Assembly: GCF_964213995.1 (NCBI RefSeq)
Contig: NC_135803.1
Coordinates: 126,728,001 to 126,792,000, forward strand
Direction: 5' to 3'
Length of the DNA stretch: 64,000 nt
Origin: Mustelus asterias
Taxonomy: Eukaryota
The first letter of the stretch is position 1. Each line of letters begins with the position of its first letter. The notes beneath the pieces were generated by a model, which was not told where the DNA came from, made no database searches, and saw nothing but the letters and a program-made list of their open reading frames with translations. Shown piece after piece: positions 46,393-59,687 of this stretch. The position numbers and the translations under genes were made by a program.

Positions 46393-46866
46393 AGAAGGTT
46401 CACCAGGTTGATACCGGGGATGAGGGGTATAGATTATGAGGAGAGATTGAGCAGATTAGGTTTAGAAGGCTGAGGGGTGATCTTATAGAGGCATATAAGA
46501 TAATGAAGGGGCTGGATAGGGTAGAAGTGGAGAGATTCTTTCCACTTAGAAAGGAAACCAGAACTAGAGGGCACAGCCTCAAAATAAAGGGGGGTCAGTT
46601 TAGGACAGAGTTGAGGAGGAACTTCTTCTCTCAGAGGGTGGTGAATCTCTGGAATTCTCTGCCCACTGAAGTGGTGGAGGCTACCTCGTTGAATATGTTT
46701 AAGTCACGGATAGATGGATTTCTGATCGGTAGGGGAATTAAGGGTTATGGGGAGCAGGCGGGTAAGTGGAACTGATTCACTTCAGATCAGCCATGATCTT
46801 ATTGAATGGCGGGGCAGACTCGAGGGGCTAGATGGCCTACTCCTGCTCCTATTTCTTATGTTCTTA
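46393..46866 (+). mobile_element. Young CR1 3' fragment inside an older minus-strand CR1 (~46150-47035)
   Basis: Highly similar to 43565-44050 apart from a short internal deletion. Confidence 0.92.
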
Positions 46867-48304
46867 AAATGTCTCCCCATCTCAGCCTTAATTGGGAGAC
46901 CCTTTTCTTTAAAACTGTGTCTTCTAGTCCTAGTCTCTCCCAGAAGGGGAAACACCTCTGTGTCCGCCCTGTCAAGCTCACTCAGAATCTTGTATGTTTT
47001 AATAAAATCATTCTCATTCTTCTAAACTCCAATGGTTACGGCATACAATATATCACCAGTGTTTGTGGCTTATGGTGACTCGAAATATGTGAAATAGCAA
47101 TTTTGCTCCAACTAATATGGGAGGGTTGGTGGTGCTTTAATATAACACAAAAAACTTCAAAGTGGATTGTGTGCTCAAGTCCTGGAATGGAACTTGAAAT
47201 CTGCGACTTTCCGATTTGGAGGATGGAATTATTGCACTGAACCCAAACGGACATTAGTAATAAAAGTTTTGGAGAATATTTGAAAAGAATACATAATGCA
47301 TTCATTTCAACATGTTAACAGCATTTCTGGGTAAAGTAAAACAGGCTTAAATTTGCTGTGATGTGTCAAGCAGCTCAATTTTGCTTGTTAGAGAAATTAT
47401 GTTTTTTTTCAGATACATGATTGGAACTTCACAAAGTTGAAATCATTTCAGTTTAGTGGTTTAGGCTCAGTTCCCTAAAGGACACATCATTGACCACACA
47501 GAAAAGGTGAAAGCTTAATGTTTGGAAGTGTTTAATTGTATCAGTCTTCATCTCCCAATGTGATGGACAGGATGCAGAGACTAGCTGATCAACTGATTCC
47601 TTTGGAAATTCATATGAAATTCTGTAGGTAGTTTAATTAAGAAACTTGCAATATTATAAATTCAAGATCTGGAAAGATCACCAGTAACTTTAATTTCAGA
47701 ATGTTATGATGTACAGATCTAATCTGGCTCACTTTTTATTTATTTGTCCTTTTTTTTCCTTTTGACTGCATCTCAGAGTCTTTGACCTTTTCCTTGAGAT
47801 TTAATTAAAAACAAAACTTGAATATTTTAAGAGTTCTCGGATGGGCTTTGGCTCATATGATTTTAGTTGTGTTCTCAATATCATGGGCAAAAAACCTCCT
47901 ATATCTTAAAATCTGCTGAGGCAGTTAAGTTGTGTCAGAAGTTGAATCACCTCTTTCTGTCTAATTTGCAGTATTCCAGACTGAACTATTTCTTTCTTGG
48001 ATTTAAGATTACCATTTGTAAAATGATTGTTCTTAATCTGAACGTATAATCCAGTGTGTAACGAAAACACAGAAAGATACCTTTTCATTTAAATTCATTT
48101 ATTACATTTCAGATGTGGTAATTAAGATGGCAACTGCAGCAGTGAATTTGCCGTGTGTTTCTGAAAGACATTGATCATGAGAGAAAACCTTAAATGAGCA
48201 TTTCATGTTTAAATGCAGAAAAATATTGATTTCCATTAACACATCTGCCAGTAAATCTAATATTGCTCACGATCTCATTCTAGAATATCTGAGACTTGCA
48301 GTAA

Positions 48305-48680
48305 AAATGCTAGAGATGTTCAAAATCATGAAGAGTTTAGACAGGTTAGATGGAGGGAAACTCTTCCCATTTGTGGAAGGGTCGAGAAACAGAAGATACC
48401 AATTTTGGATGCAGGCAAAAGAAGTAAAGATGACATGAGGAAAGACTTGCACAGTGTAATTAGGATCTGGAATGCGCTGCCTGAGAGTGTGATGGAGGCA
48501 TTTCTAAATGTGGCTTTCGAAAGGCAATTGAATAATTATCTGAGGAGAAAAAGTTTGCAGGGCTCCGCGGAAAGTGGGGGGAGGCATGGGACTATTCAAG
48601 TTTCCCTTGCAGAGAGCTGACACAGACACGACAGGCTGAATGACATCCTTCTGTGCTGTAACCATTCTGTAATTCTAAAT
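48305..48680 (+). mobile_element. Old CR1 3' fragment
   Basis: EMFKIMKSLDRLDGGKLFP, IWNALPE and a tail. Confidence 0.75.
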
Positions 48681-48834
48681 ACTGTCCATATGTAGAATCA
48701 GTGCTCAAATTAAGGAGGATCCTAAGCTTTTAGTAACAACTATCCTGTCAGACTAGCATAGGAAGAAGTTAAAGTGATGTCCTGCAGGGGTCAGTACTTG
48801 TTTGTAAACTAGTTCTGCTTTATAGGAATGACAT

Positions 48835-49790
48835 AGAGACTCAGAGACAAAATGGCACAAAAGGAGCCCATTCTGGCCCTCTGTAGAACAATCCAGTCAA
48901 TCCTATTCCTTCACTATCTCCATAGCTCTGCAGGTTCATTTCCCTTAAATGCGCATTCAATTTCACTTTGAAATTATTGATCATTTCTGCTTCCAACGTC
49001 CACGTAGACACCAAGTTCCGGGTCATTACTACTCACGGGACTAGCTTAGGGGTTAAAATAAAGGGGCGGCATGGACAAGTTGGGCCGAAGGGCCTGTTTC
49101 CATGCTGTAAACCTCTATGACTTTAAGCTCTTCCACATTTCCCTGCTGCACCACTTGCCATAACCTTAAATTCCTTGTCCTTTTACCATCAGCTTTATTT
49201 TTGTCTACCTTATTTAAACTTGTCATAATTTTGTACCATGTATCAACTCAAATTTGTTTTTTTAAAATTAATGTCACAAGTAGGCTTACATTAACATTCA
49301 ATCTTTAACACACCCCTCAATCTGTTGTGCTCCGGGAACAGCTCCAGCTTCTCCAACCTAACATGTAACTAAAATCCCTCATTCCTTGAACCTTCCTGCT
49401 GAATCTACTCTGCACCATCTGATAGACCCTCACATCATTCCTAAAGGGTAATGATCAGATCTGGACACAGTGCTCTAGTTGTGGCCTAACCAGAGCTTTA
49501 TAAAGGTTCAGCATAACTTCCCTCCTTTTACTCGGTAAGAAGTCTCACAACACCAGGTTAAAGTCCAACAGGTTTATTTGAAACCAATTAGTGATTCCAA
49601 ATAAACCTGTTGGATTTTAACCTGGTGTTGTGAGACTTCTTAGAGTTCTGACCCCAGTCCAACGCCGGCATCTCCACCTCATGGCCTTTTATACTCAACA
49701 CCCATATTTATGAAGCCCAAAATTCCATATGGTTTGCTAACCACACAGTCAAATGTCCTGCCGCATTCATGATCTATGCATATGGACCTC
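48835..49790 (-). mobile_element. Old CR1 fragment with several nested insertions
   Basis: Degenerate CR1 3' half, interrupted by a + strand CR1 tail (~49040-49122), a SINE tail (~49260-49296) and a fold-back Penelope. Confidence 0.7.
49533..49684. mobile_element. Mini fold-back Penelope-like element
   Basis: Arms 49536-49580 and 49598-49642, ~40-nt tail, TSD CCTTTTA. Confidence 0.85.
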
Positions 49791-50504
49791 CAGCGATTAG
49801 AACTCTGATGCAGAAACAAATTAAACGTTACTTTTTTGGTACTTTTTTGCAAATTTGTACAAATGAGAGAGGATGCAGTTAAGTCTTTTCAGAAGGATTT
49901 GAGTCAGTAATGCAATTGGCCAGACAAATGATAAATTCAAGTTTCTAATATTGCAGCATAAAGTCTTACTAATGGAAGTAGGTGCCATGTAAATATAATG
50001 GAAATTGAAAGACAATTAGGAGATGGAGATTTGGAAGGTGATCTAGGAGTAATAATAGATCAAGCACTTCTGAATTGAATTGAAACAAATGTTGGGATAG
50101 AAAGACAGAACATGACTATAAAACATATGATGATGCACTGGTCAAACTGCGTGCTTCCATTCTGGTCACCATCCTACAAAAAGGATGCATGCCATTGGGA
50201 GAAGATAGAGGGTACAATATGTGATCATTTTAATATGTCTGTTATGAAATTAAACCTGTGTCCTCATACATACCATATGATTAACAGTTATCTCTTTGTT
50301 ATAACATGGGAGCTGAAATGCTTAAGACATTACTCTGAAAGGATGAAAACCCCATGACACTAGGCTAGTGTATACTCAATACACTAATAATCAGATTACT
50401 TGCTGCTAAAATTATATGCAAAAAAGAGACACAGCCAAACACGCAGAACAACAATGAAAATAACTTGGGATTTACATGCTGTCTTCACTGTACAACAATA
50501 AACA

Positions 50505-50807
50505 GGCAGCATGGTGGCACAATGGTTAGCACTGCTGCTTCACAGCACCAGGGACCTGGGGTCAATTCCCAGCTTGGGTCACTGTCTGTGTGGAGTCTGC
50601 ATGTTCGCCCCGTGTCAGCATGGGTTTCCTCTGGGTGCTCCGGTTTCCTCCCACAGTCCAAAGACGTGCTGGTTAGGTGCATTGGCCATGCTAAATTCTC
50701 CCTCAGTGTACCCAAACAGGTGCCGAGTGTGGCGACTAGGGAATTTTCACAGTAACTTCATTGCAGTATTACTGTAAGCCTACTTGTAACACTAATAAAT
50801 AAACTTT
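50505..50807 (+). mobile_element. V-SINE, tail type B
   Basis: Full head, V-domain and type B tail. Confidence 0.88.
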
Positions 50808-51528
50808 ATCCCAGATAAATGGAAATTAGTTGAGGTGGCTGAATGTCTTAAAAGCGGAGACAGGGTGGGGAAGTTTAATGTGCATTGCAGTACCTAAGAC
50901 CCATACAGCTAAAGGGACTGCTGTCAGAGTCTGACAGAAGGAGAATACACCATAGTAGTCCAAGTTCCTGAGGGTTGTAGCCTGTAGGTTAGGGAGGAGT
51001 GAGGCACGAGAGGGAATTAGACACGAGCATGAAAATTAAAAACTGGAGCTCATCAGGGACATGAGCCAATGCAAATCAGTAAGGTCAGTGTTAGACCTGG
51101 TACAGGATACGATATAAGCAGCAGCGTTTGGTTGAACTATGCAGTGGAGAATGAGATACCAGCCAGTCGAGTTTTATGAACAGTTGAGTTTGGAGGGGAT
51201 AAAGAAATCGGTGAGGTTTTCGACAGCATGTGGTCTGAGACAGGGGCAGAGGTGGATGATATAAACTGAAAGTGGTCTATCCTGAACAACTTGTCTCTCA
51301 AATATCGTCATTAAAACAAATGATTTGGTCACTAATCTTTGTTCCTGGGATTTTATTTTACATAAATTGGCTGCTGCATTTCCTTATATTACTGTACTTT
51401 AAGTAATCCATGGTCTGTGACCCATTGGCTGAGAGATTAAATATTGGCCAAAAAAATACTTTCATGGGAAATGAAAACTGCTAATGTGGAATCCACCAAC
51501 ACTTGTCCAACTCTTAATTTCTCTGCAG

Positions 51529-51719
51529 CTCCATGCCTTGTCTGCAGGCCTGAAAGCAATCATCTCCGACAACTGCAGTGCTGGAGTCGAGCTGTGTCGC
51601 AGGGCTTGTGGTGGCCATGGTTACTCAATGCTGAGTGGTTTACCCTCTCTTTACACTCTGGTGGTAGCTTCCTGTACGTACGAAGGAGAAAACACTGTAA
51701 TGCAATTGCAAACTGCAAG
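51529..51719 (+). CDS. ACOX2: ACOX2 coding exon 9 (catalytic Glu)
   Basis: ctctgcag| ... AG|gtatga; [10 protein letters not shown]...[17 protein letters not shown]...[17 protein letters not shown], with the CGGHGY motif and the catalytic YEGEN. Confidence 0.95.
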
Positions 51720-51775
51720 GTATGAGTGGAAACCGACTGTAAATATTTTGAGATTACTCTATAAGTCTGTGTCAA

Positions 51776-51929
51776 ATAGAATCCCTACAGTACAGAAGGA
51801 GGCCATCCGGCCCATTGAATCTGCACCGACCACAGTCCCAATCAGACCCTATTCTTGTAACCCCACACATTTACCTTGCTAATCCCCCTGACACTTGGGT
51901 CAATTTAGCATGGCCAATCAACCTAATCT
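51776..51929 (-). mobile_element. HE1-like SINE 3' half
   Basis: Matches 17400-17550; lies ~55 nt downstream of ACOX2 exon 9. Confidence 0.85.
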
Positions 51930-52180
51930 AGTATCTATTTATGTTGTGTCTGAAAGCATACAAATCTATAGAGAAATATATTAAATATTTAACAGCACAA
52001 CTGTTGTAATTTGGAAGATTAGGTACCTTTGACATTCCAACCCACTGCATTTACAGTGTGCTGTACCATAGTTGGCCATATATATATCATGTAGAGATGC
52101 CGGCGTTGGACTGGGGTAAACACAGTAAGAGTTTTAACAACACCAGGTTAAAGTCCAACAGGTTTATTTGGTAGCAAAAG

Positions 52181-52217
52181 CCATTAGCTTTCGGAGCGCT
52201 GCTCCTTCGTCAGATGG
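52181..52217 (-). ncRNA. Minimal hammerhead ribozyme motif
   Basis: Minus strand reads CCAU-CUGACGA-A-GGAGC-AGC-GCUCC-GAAA-GCUA-AUGG. Confidence 0.75.
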
Positions 52218-52260
52218 AGTGGAAATCTTTTCACTGGATCCACTGGAGTGGATTTCCACT

Positions 52261-52297
52261 CCATCTGACGAAGGAGCAGCGCTCTGAAAGCTAATGG
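52261..52297 (+). ncRNA. Minimal hammerhead ribozyme motif
   Basis: CCAU-CUGACGA-A-GGAGC-AGC-GCUCU-GAAA-GCUA-AUGG. Confidence 0.72.
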
Positions 52298-53377
52298 CAT
52301 TTGCTACCAAATAAACCTGTTGGACTTTAACCTAGTGTTGTTAAAACTCTTACTGCATATATACATCACCCAGAGGAATAAACTTGCATCAACCCTTCAG
52401 TTCTTTATTCCATAAATTCTGGGTCAAATTATTCTGCAGTTGCAGCTCCAATCTATGCACAAGATTTCCTGCTTGCTTCTGCATCAGACTAGCATTCAGG
52501 ATACTCTTCACTCCTCAGAACCTGCTGTTGAAATCTCGGTAACAGTCCAAACTCCAAGATTCCCTCTATTGACACCACAATCTCGGCCCAGTTCCAAGAT
52601 CAGTGCCTTCAATCCAATCTTAGCTGTTGACAAGTTAGATTTTTGAGTCTGGCTTGGCCCCCACAGAAACCAAATAAAATTATAGGAAATGATGGACTTT
52701 CCAAATTGCTGTCTAGTAATGCTCAATTTCTGCTAGTGCAAATCTTAATGTTGACAGTAATTTATAAACTACAGTAAATCAAATACTGTCTCTGGTAGTG
52801 TAGTATTTGTGATTTCTTTTAACTTGAATGGATGAGGGCCTTAAATAGATTTCTCAAGTGGAGTTAGCTGTTTAAACATCTTAGCTATGTAATGCAAATA
52901 GTTAAAGCTAACTATTGTTGAAAGAATTTATGCAACTACCAGAGTATTTGTTAAATTTTATTCTCCTATTTTGGACCATAAAGAACTTGCAATACAATAA
53001 TAACAAAAATCTGGGCACCAGAGATAAATTAACTTTGGAAATATATTTAATATACAAATTATTATAAGCATGCAAATACATTTGTTATACTCGCAATTAG
53101 GATAGCCATTTGGGACTAAGAGCTATACCGTCAATGATAGTTTATGATGAAGCAAAGAACACATGACTCCATCTTATATATTTTATTGAGATATGCCTAT
53201 TTTGGTTGCAGAATATGATGCAATCATAGCACAATATGATATTCTTTTGTCTAAGCCTGAAAAAACAATTCACTGAAGTTTTGCATTTTGAATGGCCTGT
53301 CCTTGGTGTAAAATTATTGTTATCATGCACCATTGCTTCTCATTTTATCTAGCCTCAGTACTTTTCCATCAAACAAC

Positions 53378-54186
53378 TAAATGTGAGGTCATCCATTTTG
53401 GTAGGAATAACAGCAAAATGGACTATTATTTCAATGATAAAAAATTGCAGCATGCTGTTGTGCAGAGGGATCTGGTTGTCCTTGTGCAGGAATCTCAAGG
53501 AGTTGGTTTGCAGGTACAGCAGGTAATTAAGAAGGCAAATGGAATTTTGTCCTTCATTGCTAGAGGGATGGAGTTTAAAAACAGCGAGGTTATGTTGCAG
53601 TTGTATAAGGTGCTGGTGAGGCCACACCTGAAGTACTGTGTACAATTTTGGTCTCCTTACTTGAGTAAGGATATACTGGCACTGGAGGGGGTGCAGAGGA
53701 GATTCACTAGGTTGATTCTGGAATTGAGAGGGTTGGCTTATGAGGAGAGACTGAGTACACTGGGACTGTACTCATTGGAATTCAGAAGAATGAGGGAGAT
53801 CTTATAGAAACATATAAGATTATGAAAGGAATGGATAAGATAGAAGCAGGGAAGTTGTTTCCACTGGCGGGTGAAACTAGAACTAGGGGGCATAGCCTCA
53901 AAATAAGGGGGAGCAGATTTAGGACTATGTTGAGGAGGAACTTCATTCACACAAAGGGTTGTGAATCTGGAATTCCCTGCCCAGTGAAGCAGTTGAGGCT
54001 ACCTCATTGAATGTTTTTAAGACAAGAATAGATAAATTTTTGAACAGTAAAGGAATTAAGGGTTATGGTGAGTGGGAGGGTAAGTGGAGCTGAGTCCACA
54101 AAAAGATCAGCCATGATCTTATTGAATGGCGGAGCAGGCTCGAGGGGCCAGATGGCCTACTCCTGCTCCTAGTTCTTATGTTCTTA
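53378..54186 (+). mobile_element. CR1 LINE 3' fragment
   Basis: KCEVIHFG...LVRPHLKYCVQFWSP...; TTCTTATG tail. Confidence 0.92.
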
Positions 54187-54786
54187 ACTATATTAATCCT
54201 AACTACCCTAATTTCCTCCTCTAGGCATTTTACAAGCTTTACAGATAGTAACATATGCTAACTATCCCATAGTACTCTAGATATGTCAAGTTGTCAACTT
54301 ATCATGTTTTATGTTTCCTCATGCTCTGGTGGTGGGGCACAGATTGATGGAGGAATGCTAAGTAAAGATCAGGAACAGGGAAGAAGAGAAATCAGCTGAG
54401 CCATTGCTTTTTTAGTAGTGGAATTCCACATTGTGGAATTTTGGAGACATAGAATTAGGTTACCTCTCCAACCTGTCAGCTATAGAATGGTGACCAGAAG
54501 AAAGTACAGAGGAATTTCAAAGGGGTATAATTATTTTAAAGCTTTTTCTAAATAAACTGCTGAAGTAAAATCTATTAAATAAGGGAAGATATTACAACAT
54601 AACAGTAACTGTTAAGAACTCTAGACCAAATGGCTCCTGTGCCAGTACTCTATAACTAAATTCACAAGTTTAATACAGCCTTTGGGTGGCACTCCTCTTT
54701 TTCAACCTGGACTTATGAAATCACCCCTAAGTGGAAGGTTGATTTTTGACATGCTGGAACTGATGTAATTTTTCTTCTCTACTTAG

Positions 54787-54948
54787 GTTTCTAATGAAGT
54801 GCCTTACTAGAGTAGATTGTGGTCAGCCTTTGCCCCAGTCTGTCTCTTATCTGTCTGAACCCATCACTCTTCATTGTTCTGCGAAGGAGAAAAGTGATTT
54901 CCTCAAGCCATTCATGTATGTAGAGTCATACAAACGGAGGGCACACAG
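54787..54948 (+). CDS. ACOX2: ACOX2 coding exon 10
   Basis: acttag| ... AG|gtcagt; FLMKCLTRVDCGQPLPQSVSYLSEPITLHCSAKEKSDFLKPFMYVESYKRRAH. Confidence 0.88.
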
Positions 54949-55129
54949 GTCAGTAATAATGCTGTTGTGTGACTGAAATTCCTCCATGAAAAACCCCAGA
55001 AATTACAGAGTAGAAAGTGGATTCGGGGAAACAACCTTAACCAAGCTAGAAAATTGTAACACAAACTTTCTAAAATGATTTTTTGAACATAAATTTCTTT
55101 AAAGATGGATTCTGCAAGTATCTAAAAAA

Positions 55130-55900
55130 AATTCCACAAATGTTACAAGGAAGTAACATTCATTCCACACAAGTACCATGCAAAGACCATCATCGACATG
55201 AGAGAATCTCACCATCTCCCCAAGACATTCAAAACATTACCACCCTCATTATCAACATCCTTGGGTTTATCGTTGACCGGAAACTTAACTGGACTAGCCA
55301 TATAAATACTCTGGCTACAAGAGCGAGTCAGAGCTAAAAATTATACGGCAAGTAGCTTACCTTACTCCACAAAGTCTATTTACCACCTAAAAGGCAAGAA
55401 TCAAGAGCATAATAGAATACTGTTCACTTGCTTGGATGAGTGCGGCTCCAACAAGACTTGAGAAGATTGACACTATCCAGGATAAAGCAGCCTTTTTGTA
55501 ATCAGCACCCCATCCACCACCTTAAACATTCACTTCCTCCACCACAAATATACAATTGTTCATTGTGTGCCATATAGAAAATGCACTTTAGCAACTTATC
55601 AAGGTTCCTTCAACAGCACTTTTCCAAATCCATGACCTCTGCCATCTAGATAGACAAGAATAGCAGAAGCATGTGAATACTTCAGCAAGCTCTCTTTAAG
55701 CCACACTATTCTTGGAATGGTGACTTGGAATGATATCATCATTCCTTGGCCGTCTTCCTAATAGCATTATAGATGTACCCACACCTGATGAACTGCAGCA
55801 GTGAATGTGGCTCACCACCACTTTTTCGAGGACAGTTGGGAACGAGCAACAAATGCTGACCTTGCAAGCAACACTTGCATCCCATGAAAGAATTATTAAA
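55130..55900 (+). mobile_element. Old copy of the CR1/L2-group LINE seen at 61775
   Basis: ILGFIVDRKLNWTSHINTLATRA matches the 62580-62660 translation; shared 3' end. Confidence 0.8.
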
Positions 55901-58304
55901 AACTAGAAACTCTTGTTCTTTCTGCTGCCAAAGGCTTAAAGTGCTCATATGGCATTATTTTGTCCAATATTTTAGCCATTTTATTTCCCAGTATAGTAAT
56001 TAAATATTCAGGTGACCTTCAGGTCTACATTGGGAGGCAGAAATCTTTGCACATCAGCAATCCTGAAGAACATCAGGAAAGATAAAGTTGTGTGGCCATT
56101 TAAATTTAAGTGATTCCACTTTGGGGCATACATTTGTTTGTTGGTTTAGTAATCAGCAAAACCCAATAACTGGTAAGAAACTGGCCAAATGGACAGTGCA
56201 ACATTACACCCAAACCTTATGTTTGATAACAATTGCATAAGGTTGCTTCAGGGAAGTTGGCTTACTTGCTATTCTGAATACTCCCCAAGGTAACAGTGTA
56301 ATTTCCTTGTAGGAGATTGTGACAAAAGGAGGAGGAAGAGTTAGTATCAAAGAGTTCTAGGCATTAGAGCACATGCTGGACATTTATACATGTATTTTAC
56401 GGACACAGCCTGCAGTGCCAGGTCCTCGTGTTGTAGTGTAATTCAGACTGCAGTCTGACTACACCTATGGATTTCAGCAGAAACTTGTATTTTATCTTGT
56501 ATTCTTTCATCCATGAAATTGGACACTTCAAAACCAATCCTCATCACTAATATGAAATAGATTTGCTGATCGATAGGAACTTGTCATGAGGTGTCTTATC
56601 ATATACGTTATTAAGCGCCTGTGAATGTTTTACAACCTTTTTTGAAACTTTTCTCAGCTATTCCTGCTTTGTTAAAAGCCTTAAATGCTTTATGTAAAGC
56701 TGTTTTTTTTCTGATGTAGCAGATAATACTTGACTAATTTGCTTTTGGAAAAATGAAAAAAAAACTGAAGAAAAATATTTCAAACATAAATTAATAATCA
56801 ATATTGAAACATATTTAAAAACAAAAGAAAGAATTACAAAATGTTCCTCTAAGAGCTCCATCAATCATAGTTTCCCTTATTCCATATTCCAAAGTAAATA
56901 AGTGAACTTCAAGTTCTCTTCTGACCAAGTTGGATGCAAAATCTAAATATTATAATATATAAATGAAGTTACGACTCAGTTTGGCAAGACTTTAAGTGGA
57001 TCTGAAGGGCCTTGTGGTTAACCGCAATTGGCATAGATCTAGTTGCATGAATCTTAGCCATAATTTATTTAGTCTCCCAATGCCTGCTTTAGTCCTGTTG
57101 ACAGATCCTTGGATCTGAAAAATGATCTTATGTGGAATGTAGAAAGCCATTGACAACAAACGAGTAGCTGAAAACACTAATTGGGAAAGCTGGATGTTGT
57201 TTTCAACACAAAAGGCAGCATTGTGGTGACCTCTGTGAATTAAGTATGAAGGTTAAGGAGAATTTGAGGAGTGATTCAGTTGGAACAGGGAGCAAGAAGG
57301 CCAAGCCACATCAAGGAGAAATGACAATGATGGACCATTCTCAGTCAGAATTGCAAAATAAACAAAATAGTGATTGTGATTGGGCAGTGATTAACAGAAA
57401 ACAAACTAACCCACTGTGATAGAACACATGCCAGATACTATGGATAGTGAAAACAGATATACAGTGTTGAGGGACAATGGTGGCACTTTACTAATGATTC
57501 ATTAGATTATAGACTGACCAAATAAAGGTGTCTTCTGAGATCTACAAAATCTAATGACTTATTGAAAATATTCATAATTCAGCACAATTAATGTAATCCC
57601 AGGATCAGGTACCTTATCCAATTGAAGTGTCCATAATCTACTTAATACTTTTGTTATGACAAAACTTTCCAAGCAGCTATCCTGAAAGATCCAAATTATT
57701 CTATCAATTGGTCAAATTTGCAGATGTTAAGACAGAAGTCAATGAAGTATACAAATAATTCCAAAAGACCTTGTAACATTTTCTATAGGGTGGAAATTTT
57801 CTGATGAAATTGAATACATATAAAAGTAAGATGCATTCACATAGATTTTCTACTATTCTCCCAGTGCAATTTGGGAAATGGTTGTTCATGATTTTCTGTC
57901 CATTACAGTAAAATAGAAAATCTACTTAAACTTGATGAATGGCGTTGAACTAGCCAGGAAACAGCTTTATAACATCAGGCAGTGATAATAAGATCAGTAC
58001 AGGCAACATCTAATTATTGCAAAGCAGTAATTATCAAAGTAAACAGAATAATAAATTATATTGCCAATACAAGTCGGATGCAATTGTGCTGAAACTGTAC
58101 AAGGCTCCAGTCAAGCCCAGTGCTGAATCATGCATTTATTTCTAATTACCAGGACATAAGATAAAGTTTTGAGGCCTGGAGGAGGCACAGAAGAATGATC
58201 TGAAAATATTTGCACAATATAAAGATCCCACCCACTCAACTTTTACAATTTATTATTACAGCTGGGAGTTTTAATTTTCAGAGTATTGCTCACCATCGGG
58301 AAAG

Positions 58305-58650
58305 AAAAAAGGCTTGAATTTATATAACAACTTTCACAACCTCAGGATGTCCCAAAGTGCTTTACCACGAATGAATCACTTTTGAAGTGTTGTCACTGTT
58401 ACAGCCGCCAATTTGCACACAGCAATATGATAATGAACAGATAATCTGTTTAGTAATGTTAGTGGAGAAATAACAATTGGCCAGGACACCAGGAGAGTTC
58501 CTCTGCTTAACCTGATAAGGCCTCAGTTTTAACATCTCACTCAAAAGATGACACTGCCAACAGTGCATCACTCTGTTGATACTGCACTGGAGTTTTAGCT
58601 CATACTATGTTGTAAAAGTTTCTGGAGTGAGATCAACGACTTTCTGTCTG
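58305..58650 (-). mobile_element. DeuSINE-like element (SacSINE1/AmnSINE1 type)
   Basis: Minus strand has GTGATGCACTGTTGGCAGTGTCATCTTTTGAGTGAGATGTTAAAACTGAGGCC, resembling the Deu domain as I recall it, plus an L2-type tail. Confidence 0.65.
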
Positions 58651-59079
58651 AGCCAGAGATGACAATGAAGTGAGTTTCCAATTATGGACATGATAGTGAC
58701 GACACCCTATGTGAATCCCTTCTTAGGACACCCATACTATAAATTAGAATTCATGTTATTGGAATTAAATCTTCATTCGGCTAATAGGGGATAACATGAA
58801 TCCTCATATTCTAGGCTAACGTGAAGGGAACATGTTTGGAATTTCTTCTTCTGAAGAAAATCAACTCTGAGCTACTATATTGTAGGCATAATTAACTTTT
58901 GAATTAGTTTTTATTATAAAATGCTAGTCCATCTATTTTTTCATGTCTACATTTTATCCCATTTGTTTAATTGTGATATAAGGCACATCTATTTAATGTT
59001 ATTCAGGGTGCTAGGCACTCAGAATCCTTCCCTAAATAATTTAAATAAATGCAATAACTTGAATGTCAATATCGTAAAA

Positions 59080-59440
59080 CCAGCCTCCCATCCGTTGACT
59101 CTGTCTACACTTCCCGCTGCCTCGGCAAAACAGCCAGCATAATTAAGGATCCCACACACCCCAGACATTTTCTCTTCCATCTTCTTCTGTCGGGAAAAAG
59201 ATACAAAAGTCTGAGGTCACATACCAACTGACTCAAGAACAGCTTCTTCTCTGCTGCCATCAGACTTTTGAATGGACCTATCTTGCATTAAGTTGATCTT
59301 TTTCTACCGCCTAGCTATGACTGTAACACTACATTCTGCACTCTCTCGTTTCCTTCTCTATGAATGGTATGCTTGTCTGTATAGCATGCAAGAAACAATA
59401 CTTTTCACTATGTTAATACATATGACAAAAATCAAATCGT
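59080..59440 (+). mobile_element. Rex1/Babar LINE 3' fragment
   Basis: Reverse complement of 29490-29865. Confidence 0.88.
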
Positions 59441-59581
59441 ATTTAGTAGAGCAGAAATCACTTCTTTGATGTAATGAATCCATACCCTCCACAATACACT
59501 TTAAATAATATCTCGTGAAGAATCAATTTGTATCTTAATTAAGCTGCTTTTCAGCTTACTTTTGTGATCTATCTCTTTCAG

Positions 59582-59687
59582 GCTGATTAAGGATGCCGGG
59601 ATCAAGTTGCAGTCTCTCCTTCAGTCTGGAGTTGAGCAATATGTTGCCTGGAATAGCACTTCTGTGCAGCTTGCAAGGGCTGCTGTT
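59582..59687 (+). CDS. ACOX2: ACOX2 coding exon 11
   Basis: ctttcag| ... GTT|gtaaga; LIKDAGIKLQSLLQSGVEQYVAWNSTSVQLARAAV. Confidence 0.9.

Larger units (their letters stand above)
52088..52355. mobile_element. Fold-back Penelope-like element with two hammerhead motifs
   Basis: Arms 52123-52227 and 52251-52355 (105 bp, 3 mismatches seen), 23-nt loop, ~35-nt tail, TSD CATATATA. Confidence 0.9.
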
